From positions 7,699 to 71,698 of the forward strand of contig CACEAZ010000001.1 in the NCBI GenBank assembly GCA_902557655.1: 64,000 bases of DNA, read 5' to 3'. The position numbers were made by a program, and so were the translations under genes. Under the pieces are notes generated by a model. It saw only the letters and a program-made list of their open reading frames with translations, ran no database searches and was not told where the DNA came from. This DNA comes from an uncultured Bacteroidota bacterium (GTDB lineage Bacteria > Bacteroidota > Bacteroidia > Flavobacteriales > Flavobacteriaceae). This document shows positions 10,216 to 18,879 of this stretch, one piece after another. Within the stretch, counting starts at the first letter, position 1. The number at the start of each line of letters is the position of its first letter.

Positions 10216-13200
10216 ATGATGAGTGGGAGATTATATGTAATCTTTTTTCTTTTTTTTACATTCAGTTTAAATTCGTCAGCACAAAGTTTTTATTCAGGCA
10301 CTGTTATTGATGAAAATGATGCACCTATTTTTGGCGCATCTATAACATTAAAAAACAATTCCAATTTTGCCCTGTCAGATATTGACGGCAAATTCGTGAT
10401 AGAGGCAAAAAATAACGACATATTATTAATTAGTTATTCAGGATACAAAAATTTAGAATTTCAATTGTCAAATAATTATGAACTGAATAATATTATTTTA
10501 AAGGAAGATATCAGGTTACTTGACGAAGTAGTTGTTATCGGTTATGGAAATCAAAGAAAAGAAATATTAACCAGTTCTGTTAGTTTAGTTAAAGGAGACG
10601 ATTTAACCAATGAGCCTGTTTTGAATGCAACTCAAGCATTACAAGGAAAGGCAGCAGGTGTTCAGATAATATCGTCTGATGCTCCTGGAGTTGCTTCACA
10701 GGTAATTATTCGTGGTCTCGGAACAATACAAGCTGGACGTGAGCCACTTTATGTTGTTGATGGGATTTTGACCAACAATATTAATAATATAAATACAGCA
10801 GATATAGAAACTGTCACTGTTTTGAAAGATGCTGCTTCTTTAGCCATTTACGGAAATAGAGGAGCTAACGGGGTTATAATTGTTAACACAAAAAAGGGTG
10901 GAGAAGAAGAAATTAAAGTATCATATGATAATTTCATCGGAATCAGAGATATCAGTTATAGGCCTGTTATGGCTAACTCAAACTCATTTGTCACATATAG
11001 TAATGAGGCAATTCTATTCAATCTTCTTAACGATTCAAATCCTAACAATGACAATGATTTAAGTGCTTTTTTTCCATCAGAACAGTTATATAATACTAAT
11101 TGGATAAAAGAAATTAGTCAGTTAGCATTTCAAAGCAACCATAATATATCAGCTGCAGGTGGTAATGAAAATTTAAAAACTTTTTTTAGTGTTGGATTAA
11201 ATCAGGAGGAAGGGATTTTAAAAGGTAGTGAATTAGAGAGGGCTACGCTAAGAAGTAATTTGGATTATAAAATTTCTGAAAAAATTAAATATTCACATAA
11301 TATTAGCTTTCAACTCGCAAATTCACAACCCAAAAGTTTTGGTGTTTTTACAACAGCTTATAAGCAAGCTCCAATTGTTCCCGTGAGAGATGAAAATGGT
11401 AGATACGGTTCCTCTGTTGCTTTTAATAATGTAGGTAATCCAGTTGCACAGCTTAATCTACAAAATGAAAAACAACGTTTTTTAAAACTTCAAGGCTCGT
11501 TTAAAATAGATTATGAAATTATAGATAATCTAAATTTTACATCTCGTTTTTCTGTTGAAACAAACCACAATCGTTTTTATAATTTTGATAACAGACTTGC
11601 AACCTATCTTTCATTAGAACCTGGAAATACAATTGATAATTTTCAACCAACAGACCCAGAGGCTGAACAAATTCCAGAAACTGTTTTATATGTGGCTCAT
11701 AGTAATGATTATCGTTGGTTTTTCGATAATTATTTTACTTACAAGAAAACATTTAATGATTCTCATAATATTGATGTCACTTTGGGTTTAGTGGCTGAAG
11801 AAAACAAATATGAAACCCTTTACGGGTCAAGAATAAACGTTCCTGCTGATGAAAATTTAAATTTTAATTTGAATTTAGGAAATAATAACGATGGTACAGA
11901 AGGTTCTGGAGGAGGTTTCTCAGAAACTAGAAAACTGTACTCATATATATCTCGTTTAAATTATGATTTTGACAAAAAATATCTTTTTAATTTTTCATTT
12001 AGAAAAGATGCTTCAAATTTCTTTCAAGAAAAATATCGATATGGTAATTTCTATGCATTAAGTGCTGGTTGGTACCTTAGTAAAGAAAGTTTTATGGAAG
12101 AAAGTGGTTTTGATATACTCAAATCAAGAATTAGTTATGGAAAATTAGGTAATGCGCAGATCCCCAGTTTAAATATTGTTCGTTACAATCAAGGGTTTTC
12201 CTATCCATTTGGAGCTAATCAGGATGTCCAACAGGGTGGAACGGTAACCGCTACAGTACAAGAAGATTTGTCTTGGGAATCAACATACGAATTTAACTTT
12301 GGAATTGAATTCGCACTTTTAGATTTTAAACTTAACGGTGAAATAGATTTTTATGAAAGGATTAACAGCAATGCTATTTTGCCCTTACAACTACCCAACA
12401 CATTTGGATTTGACCCATTTCTATCACATGTTGGTGAAATTAAAAATATGGGAGTTGAGCTAAGCTTAGATTGGAAGGATAGAATAAATGATGACCTATC
12501 TTATTCGATTAATACAAATTTATCTTATAATAAAAATGAACTAAGTAAAATATCAAATCAATTTTTTACCAATCAAACAGGCGGAAATATTAATAATGGT
12601 CAGTACACCAAAAGAGTTTCAATTGGACAACCTTTAGGAAGCTTCTATTTATATGAAATAGCAGGAATTGATGATCGTGGTGAATTTGTTTATAAAGATC
12701 TAAATGATGACGGTGAGATAAATGAAAATGATAGAAGATTTTTTGGCACATATATTCCTTCTTTAGTATCCTCTTTTAACATAAAAGTTATTTATAAAAA
12801 CTTTGATATTAATATTGCAACTTATGGTAGTTTTGGCAATAAAGTTTATAACGGTAAAAAAGCACAAAGATTTGGTAATGAGAATATTGAGCAATTTGTT
12901 TTTAATAATCGTTGGACAAGTGGTAGACCAAGTACAAATACTCCGATAGCATCTAATAATGTACCTCTTTCTTCAAACTATTTTTTAGAGTCTGGAGATT
13001 ATTTTAGAATTAATAATTTTACAATAGGATACACATTTGAAAGAGAAAATTCAAAATTATTTAAGAATACTAGACTGTATTTTACGGCAAAAAATCCATT
13101 AATAATCAAGAAATTTTCAGGATACACACCTGAACTTCCTGGTGATCCAATGGGTTTAGCCGGAGTAGAGCTGGATGCATATCCTACGCTTAGCTCATTT

Positions 13201-13227
13201 TACCTAGGAATAAATATGTCGTTTTAA
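10216..13227 (+). CDS. SusC/RagA-family TonB-dependent outer-membrane transporter
   Basis: Signal peptide, CarboxypepD_reg-like N-terminus (GTVIDENDAPIFGASITLKN), plug (VVVIGYGNQRKEILTSSV, LQGKAAGVQI, PLYVVDGI, DIETVTVLKDAASLAIYGNRGANGVIIV), a large barrel and a C-terminal aromatic residue. There is no STN/anti-sigma signalling domain. Confidence 0.9.
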   Translation: MMSGRLYVIFFLFFTFSLNSSAQSFYSGTVIDENDAPIFGASITLKNNSNFALSDIDGKFVIEAKNNDILLISYSGYKNLEFQLSNNYELNNIILKEDIRLLDEVVVIGYGNQRKEILTSSVSLVKGDDLTNEPVLNATQALQGKAAGVQIISSDAPGVASQVIIRGLGTIQAGREPLYVVDGILTNNINNINTADIETVTVLKDAASLAIYGNRGANGVIIVNTKKGGEEEIKVSYDNFIGIRDISYRPVMANSNSFVTYSNEAILFNLLNDSNPNNDNDLSAFFPSEQLYNTNWIKEISQLAFQSNHNISAAGGNENLKTFFSVGLNQEEGILKGSELERATLRSNLDYKISEKIKYSHNISFQLANSQPKSFGVFTTAYKQAPIVPVRDENGRYGSSVAFNNVGNPVAQLNLQNEKQRFLKLQGSFKIDYEIIDNLNFTSRFSVETNHNRFYNFDNRLATYLSLEPGNTIDNFQPTDPEAEQIPETVLYVAHSNDYRWFFDNYFTYKKTFNDSHNIDVTLGLVAEENKYETLYGSRINVPADENLNFNLNLGNNNDGTEGSGGGFSETRKLYSYISRLNYDFDKKYLFNFSFRKDASNFFQEKYRYGNFYALSAGWYLSKESFMEESGFDILKSRISYGKLGNAQIPSLNIVRYNQGFSYPFGANQDVQQGGTVTATVQEDLSWESTYEFNFGIEFALLDFKLNGEIDFYERINSNAILPLQLPNTFGFDPFLSHVGEIKNMGVELSLDWKDRINDDLSYSINTNLSYNKNELSKISNQFFTNQTGGNINNGQYTKRVSIGQPLGSFYLYEIAGIDDRGEFVYKDLNDDGEINENDRRFFGTYIPSLVSSFNIKVIYKNFDINIATYGSFGNKVYNGKKAQRFGNENIEQFVFNNRWTSGRPSTNTPIASNNVPLSSNYFLESGDYFRINNFTIGYTFERENSKLFKNTRLYFTAKNPLIIKKFSGYTPELPGDPMGLAGVELDAYPTLSSFYLGINMSF

Positions 13228-13237
13228 TTAATTACTT

Positions 13238-14680
13238 ATGAAGAAAAATAATAGTAAATTAAAAATATTAATTGGGACATTTATAGTAGTAAACTTATTT
13301 ACCATATCCTGTTCTGAAGAGTTTTTAGAAATAGAAGCTAATCAAATTACTGCTAACTCTATAACTGAGGAACAAGCTGTTGAACTGGTAAACGGTATTT
13401 ATAATATTTTTTTAAGTTGGCAGGTAAGTTCATTTTCATGGAATGGTATTACAAGTATTGCTAGTGATGATGCTGATAAAGGAAGTGATCAAGGAGATAC
13501 CGGTTCAGATAAACATCTTTTGGATGCCTTAAACCATGATGCAACATCTATTTCTGTTGCTGAATTATGGGAAGGTCATTTCAATGGCATACAAAGAGCT
13601 AATCAAGCCATTAACAGAATACAACCATTCGATGATTTGGATAATGAATTAAAAACAAGACTTTTAGGAGAAGCAAAATTTTTACGAGCCTTATTATATT
13701 TTAGGTTGTTACAAACATTTGGTGAACTCCCACTTATTACAGAAACACCAGACATCAATTCCCCGCTTGAAGAATTATTAAGTAGAGCAACAATTGATGA
13801 AACTTTTTTATTTATTGAAGGTGATTTGATTCAAGCGATAGAATCGCTACCAAATAAGAATCAATACCCAAATATTGAATTAGGAAGAGCCACAAAGGGA
13901 GCAGCAAAAACACTTTTGGCTAAGGTATGTATGTATCAAGAAAAATGGGATAATGTCCTGGCTTTGACAAATGAAGTGATTGAATCAGGTGAATATAGTC
14001 TGACATCAAATTACGAAGATATTTGGAAAGAAATTGGTGAAAACAACGAAGAATCAATTTTTGAAATTCAAGCAAAAGGTGCAATTCCGTCAGTGGGGGT
14101 AGATAAATATAGCTTGACCCAAGGAGCAAGGGGTGAAGGCGGTTGGGGCTGGGGTTTTAATGTACCTAGTACTGACCTTCTAAATTCTTATGAGGAAAAT
14201 GATCTTAGAAGAGATGCTACTATAATTTTTAGAGGTGAGACTTTATACGATGGGAGATATGTTCCTGAATCAGTTGTCAATGAAATGTATAATCAGAAAG
14301 CCTACTCTAGTGCTTTTACAGAGTTTGAGCAAACTGGTAAAAATATCAGGATACTGAGATATGCTGAAGTTTTATTAATGAATGCTGAAGCGGCAATTCA
14401 TTTAGGAGGTGACGTTTCAGGTCCTATTAACCAATTAAGATCTAGAGCAGGATTAAATACTCTAAACAGCCCAACACAATTAGATGTTTGGAATGAGAGA
14501 AGATGGGAGTTAGCTTTTGAACATGACAGATACTTTGATTTGGTAAGACAAGGGAGGGCAGCTTCAGTTTTACAATCACTCGGCAAGCCATTTATTACCG
14601 GAAAGCACGAGTTATTTCCTATCCCACAACAGCAGATAGACCTAAGTAACGGTATTTTAACCCAAAACCCAGGATGGTAA
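13238..14680 (+). CDS. SusD/RagB-family glycan-binding outer-membrane lipoprotein
   Basis: Lies immediately downstream of SusC, with a lipobox (FTISC). Typical SusD motifs are present: RALLYFRLLQTFGELPL, LLAKVCMYQEKWD, RYAEVLLMNAEA, ERRWELAFEHDRYFDLVR, FPIPQQQID. Confidence 0.9.
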   Translation: MKKNNSKLKILIGTFIVVNLFTISCSEEFLEIEANQITANSITEEQAVELVNGIYNIFLSWQVSSFSWNGITSIASDDADKGSDQGDTGSDKHLLDALNHDATSISVAELWEGHFNGIQRANQAINRIQPFDDLDNELKTRLLGEAKFLRALLYFRLLQTFGELPLITETPDINSPLEELLSRATIDETFLFIEGDLIQAIESLPNKNQYPNIELGRATKGAAKTLLAKVCMYQEKWDNVLALTNEVIESGEYSLTSNYEDIWKEIGENNEESIFEIQAKGAIPSVGVDKYSLTQGARGEGGWGWGFNVPSTDLLNSYEENDLRRDATIIFRGETLYDGRYVPESVVNEMYNQKAYSSAFTEFEQTGKNIRILRYAEVLLMNAEAAIHLGGDVSGPINQLRSRAGLNTLNSPTQLDVWNERRWELAFEHDRYFDLVRQGRAASVLQSLGKPFITGKHELFPIPQQQIDLSNGILTQNPGW

Positions 14681-14690
14681 ATAAAGAATT

Positions 14691-16022
14691 ATGAAATTAA
14701 ATATTTTCTATAAAATTGGATTACTTACACTGTTTTTTGGGATTTTTTCCTGTACAAATCCAAATGATATTGATCCGCCGCCGCCAGATGTGGGCTTTAT
14801 TCCTGTTGATAATGTAGATGTAATTCCTTTTGAAGATTTGCTAACATTAACTCAACATCAAACTTTCAAATATTTTTGGGATTTTGCTGAACCTATTAGT
14901 GGTTTGGCCAGAGAGGATAGTGAAAGAACTAATATAATTACAACCGGGGGTTCAGGATTTGGTATTGCCTCATTTATAGTTGGTATTGAGAGAGGATGGG
15001 TGAGCCGTGATGATGTAATAAACCGTATGGAAACTGTTTTAACTTTTTTAGAAGGAGCTGACAAATATCATGGTGCTTTTTCCCATTGGTATAATAGCTC
15101 TGGGAATACAATTGAATTTGGCGATTTAGATGACGGTGGTGATATAGTAGAAACGGCACTGTTAATTCAGGGTTTGTTGATTGCAAGACAATATTTTTCA
15201 AATAATAATGAAGAGGAAATAGAGCTGAGAAATAGAATTACAAATATTTGGGAAGATGTTGAGTGGACATGGTATACGCAAGGACAAAATAAAATTACTT
15301 GGCATTGGTCTCCAAATCATGATTTTGCAATAAATTTAGATGTAAGAGGTTGGAATGAAGCTCTTATTGTGTATGTATTGGCTTCATCCTCACCAACATA
15401 CCCAATTAATTCTGATGTCTATAACGATGGTTGGACAAGAGAGGGTGCTTTTGTTAATTCTGGAACTTTTTACGATATATTTTTACCATTAGGTGAAAAT
15501 TTTGGAGGACCCCTATTTTATTCTCATTACTCGTTTGTAGGAATAGATCCAAGAAATTTAGAAGATCAATACACAAATTATTTTGATCAAAATAGAGCAC
15601 ACTCATTGATTAATTATGATCATTGTGTATCAAATCCAAATAACTATGGTGGTTACAGTGATGATAGTTGGGGTATTACTGCAAGTACTAACTATAATGG
15701 ATACTCGGCACATAGTCCAAATAATGATTTGGGTGTTATTTCACCAACAGCTGCTTTATCATCTTTTCCTTATACACCTTTAGAATCCAAAAAAGCACTT
15801 GAAAATTTTTATTATAATTTAAATGACGAATTATGGGGTGATTATGGGTTTTTTGATGCCTTTTCAATTCATTATAATTGGTATTCTGATAGATATCTAG
15901 CTATAGATCAAGGACCGATAATATTGATGATAGAAAATTATCGAACGCAATTATTATGGAATCTTTTCATGCAAGACCAAGAAATTATTGATGGATTAAA
16001 TAACTTGGGTTTTATTTTTTAA
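14691..16022 (+). CDS. Putative (alpha/alpha)6 glucoamylase-family (PF10091-like, GH144-like) beta-glucan hydrolase lipoprotein
   Basis: Lipobox (GIFSC). The segments FKYFWDFAEPISGLARE, GGSGFGIASFIVGIERGW, YHGAFSHWYN, DDGGDIVETALLIQGLLIARQYF and WEDVEWTWY match my recollection of proteins annotated as glucoamylase family protein in Bacteroidetes. The family call comes from memory only. Confidence 0.5.
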   Translation: MKLNIFYKIGLLTLFFGIFSCTNPNDIDPPPPDVGFIPVDNVDVIPFEDLLTLTQHQTFKYFWDFAEPISGLAREDSERTNIITTGGSGFGIASFIVGIERGWVSRDDVINRMETVLTFLEGADKYHGAFSHWYNSSGNTIEFGDLDDGGDIVETALLIQGLLIARQYFSNNNEEEIELRNRITNIWEDVEWTWYTQGQNKITWHWSPNHDFAINLDVRGWNEALIVYVLASSSPTYPINSDVYNDGWTREGAFVNSGTFYDIFLPLGENFGGPLFYSHYSFVGIDPRNLEDQYTNYFDQNRAHSLINYDHCVSNPNNYGGYSDDSWGITASTNYNGYSAHSPNNDLGVISPTAALSSFPYTPLESKKALENFYYNLNDELWGDYGFFDAFSIHYNWYSDRYLAIDQGPIILMIENYRTQLLWNLFMQDQEIIDGLNNLGFIF

Positions 16023-16089
16023 TCATCAAATATGAAAAAATATATAATTGAACTATGTTATATTTATAACTTCTAAAATCAAGAATTAA

Positions 16090-17295
16090 ATGAGAAAATT
16101 TATATTATTTATCACTTTGCTCTTAGGTTATTTTACCTTTGGTCAATGCTCTGACCCGGTTATTACAAATTTTGAATGTGGAGATGCTAGTCAAACTATT
16201 TTAGGCAATGGAATTATTACTGTCGCAAATACTTTTCAAACTGGAATTAACAAATCAGCCAATATTGGAGAATACTCCGATGATGGGACTAATGGATGGG
16301 ATAATTTATTAATAGACTTTGAAAGTGAAATAGATCTTTCCTCAAATCCTTACTTAAGTTTTAAGCTATATTCTTCCGCATCTATACAAGTTTTAGCTAA
16401 ACTTGAGGGAGGCTCAGAATTAGAGTTATGGTCTGACTATAGTTTAGAAAATACATGGGAAGAATTTAATTTTGATTTCAGTGATGCTGTATCAAACGGT
16501 AATACAAAACTAGTTTTGTTCTTTAATGCTGCTCAAGAATCAGGAACATCATCTGACATATATTATATTGATGATATTAGATTTACTAACTCGAGTAATA
16601 ATCTCCCGATGATTTCAGATTTTGAAAGCTTAAATCCATCAGTTCCTCTCTCAGGGAATATTCAAACTGTATCAAATCCATTCTATGATGGGATTAATAC
16701 ATCGACAAACGTTGGAGAATATATTGATGATGGAACCAATGGATGGGATAATTTATTAATAGACTTTGAAAGTGAAATAGATCTTTCTTCAAATCCTTAT
16801 CTAACTTTTAAACTATACTCTACATCCTCTATTCAAGTTTTAGCAAAATTAGAAGGAGATACAGACACTGAGGTTTGGTCAGATTATAGCCAAGAAAACA
16901 CTTGGGAGGAATTTAACTTTGATTTTAGCACTTCTGTCGGTAACGGTAATACTAAACTTATCTTATTCTTTAATGCTTCGCAAGAATCAGGAACATCGAC
17001 AGATATTTATCATATTGATGATATTCGTTTTACATCCTCTTTATCTTTAACTGAAGAAGGGATTTCTGAATTAATTCTGTATCCAAATCCAGTTTTTAAT
17101 ATTTTAAATATTAGATCCAATGATATTATCAATTCGTATAAGTTGTATGATGTTCATGGTAGACTTATTTTAAATGAAAATAATATAAATAGCAAAAATT
17201 TTGAGATTGATATTTCAAATCTTGATTCTGATATTTATATTCTAAATACATATTCTGAATCAAAACAGGAGTCTTTTAAGATATTAAAAAAATAA
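16090..17295 (+). CDS. T9SS-secreted surface protein with two tandem copies of an unassigned CBM-like module
   Basis: Signal peptide, module 1 (about aa 24-166), module 2 (about aa 174-316), then a C-terminal Por/T9SS sorting domain (ELILYPNPVFNILNIRSN...IYILNTYSE...FKILKK). Confidence 0.65.
   Translation: MRKFILFITLLLGYFTFGQCSDPVITNFECGDASQTILGNGIITVANTFQTGINKSANIGEYSDDGTNGWDNLLIDFESEIDLSSNPYLSFKLYSSASIQVLAKLEGGSELELWSDYSLENTWEEFNFDFSDAVSNGNTKLVLFFNAAQESGTSSDIYYIDDIRFTNSSNNLPMISDFESLNPSVPLSGNIQTVSNPFYDGINTSTNVGEYIDDGTNGWDNLLIDFESEIDLSSNPYLTFKLYSTSSIQVLAKLEGDTDTEVWSDYSQENTWEEFNFDFSTSVGNGNTKLILFFNASQESGTSTDIYHIDDIRFTSSLSLTEEGISELILYPNPVFNILNIRSNDIINSYKLYDVHGRLILNENNINSKNFEIDISNLDSDIYILNTYSESKQESFKILKK
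16159..17035 (+). repeat. Intragenic tandem duplication, period 447 bp (149 codons)
   Basis: 16291-16340 is identical to 16738-16787 (50 nt: aatggatgggataatttattaatagactttgaaagtgaaatagatctttc). Similarity is high but imperfect on both sides. Confidence 0.9.
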
Positions 17296-17322
17296 TTTTA
17301 AAAAATAAATCAAAAATCAATT

Positions 17323-18858
17323 ATGGACAGCCTAAATTTTTCTCTCAAAAGTTCCCTATTATTTTTGATTTTGATAGTTTTTTCGTCTTGTGAAGATGAT
17401 TTTCAAGACTTCCCTGTTATAAGCTACAATCCTTGTGATTTAGAGGGTGTAATTATTAACCCTGATATTATAACTGACTTCGAATGTCAGTCAAATTTCA
17501 TATTAGACAATGTAGAAACTGTTCGAAATCCTTCTGAAACTCCTTTGAATACCAGTAATTTTGTTGGTTTATACACAGACACACAAGAACCAACAGATTT
17601 TATTGAAATTGACTATGGATCTCCCATTGATTTATCAACTAATACAGTTTTTAAAATTAAAGTCAAGACCGAAATTTCAGGTGAATTAAGGGTTATGATG
17701 GACGGAGGCTTATCCGAACCGGTTGTTCAGTCACAAAATGTTAATGGCGATAATGCATGGGGAATTTATATTTTTGATTTTAGTTGGAGGCAATATGAAA
17801 ATCATACCAAATTAAAAGTTTTTTTTAATTATGGGGTTGAGGTAATTGGTAGTACACCAAACTTATATTACATAGACGATTTGTTTTTTGATACTTTTGT
17901 TGATCCATGTGAAAATTTTACTGAAAATAATAATATTTTAAGTGATTTTGAATGTCAGCAGAATTATGAATTATCAAGTGTTAATAATGAAATTCAACTG
18001 GTAAACAACCCATATCCTAATGAAATTAATAATAGTATTTTTGTTGGCCAATATATTGATGATGGTTCAGACGGGTCAGATGCATTAACAATTAATTTTA
18101 ACAACCCTATAAATCTTACAGAAAACCCTCAATTACATATAAAAATTCATTCATCCTTAAGCTCACCACTATTGGCAAGACTCGAAGGTGGAGAATCACC
18201 CATAGAAATAAACAACAACATAAATTTGACAAACGAATGGGTTAATTATGTATTTGATTTTAGTTTATCAGCGAATGATCAAACACAACTAAAAATTTTC
18301 TTCAATCACAATATAACAAACGGAACCTTAACCGATATGTATTATATTGATGATTTGATGTTTCTACCTGCACCATGTGATGAGCCTGTAATTGAAAACT
18401 GTTCAAATGTTGTACAAGATTATAATATAATTAGTGATTGGAATTGTCAACAGAATTATGGGATTGAAACTACTGTTCCAAGTGTATTAAATCCGTTAAT
18501 TAGCTGTGATAACAGAAGTGAGAATGTCGGTCAATATACTGATGATGGAACAGAGGCATATGATGCTTTTATATTAAATTATGGTTCAATTATTAATTTA
18601 AATACACACAACAGATTAAAATTTAAGCTTTACTCTAATTCATCAATTCAAGTTTTAGCAAAACTTGAAGGAGGATCCGCAATTGAAAAATGGTCAGACT
18701 TTAGTACGGTTAATACATGGCAAGAATTTTCTTATGATTTTAGCGACTCAATTGATAACGAAAACACTACACTTGTTTTGTTTTTCAATGCCGGTCAAAA
18801 TAATGGGAACCCAGAGGATATTTATTATATTGATGAACTCCGATGGGAAGAAAATTAG
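17323..18858 (+). CDS. Surface lipoprotein with three copies of the same CBM-like module
   Basis: Lipoprotein signal (LILIVFSSC). Modules lie at about aa 48-189, 205-347 and 368-509. The third is closest to the modules of the preceding gene (KFKLYSNSSIQVLAKLEGGS...NTWQEFSYDFSD...LVLFFNAGQ...DIYYIDELRW). Confidence 0.65.
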   Translation: MDSLNFSLKSSLLFLILIVFSSCEDDFQDFPVISYNPCDLEGVIINPDIITDFECQSNFILDNVETVRNPSETPLNTSNFVGLYTDTQEPTDFIEIDYGSPIDLSTNTVFKIKVKTEISGELRVMMDGGLSEPVVQSQNVNGDNAWGIYIFDFSWRQYENHTKLKVFFNYGVEVIGSTPNLYYIDDLFFDTFVDPCENFTENNNILSDFECQQNYELSSVNNEIQLVNNPYPNEINNSIFVGQYIDDGSDGSDALTINFNNPINLTENPQLHIKIHSSLSSPLLARLEGGESPIEINNNINLTNEWVNYVFDFSLSANDQTQLKIFFNHNITNGTLTDMYYIDDLMFLPAPCDEPVIENCSNVVQDYNIISDWNCQQNYGIETTVPSVLNPLISCDNRSENVGQYTDDGTEAYDAFILNYGSIINLNTHNRLKFKLYSNSSIQVLAKLEGGSAIEKWSDFSTVNTWQEFSYDFSDSIDNENTTLVLFFNAGQNNGNPEDIYYIDELRWEEN

Positions 18859-18879
18859 AAATTGAATAATTATCAAATC

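Noticed and set aside
16023-16089. The mini-ORF MKKYIIELCYIYNF between the glucoamylase-family gene and the first CBM-like gene.
   Set aside because: It has no associated RNA structure and no biased codon run, and it lies in an AT-rich spacer where short ATG frames arise by chance.
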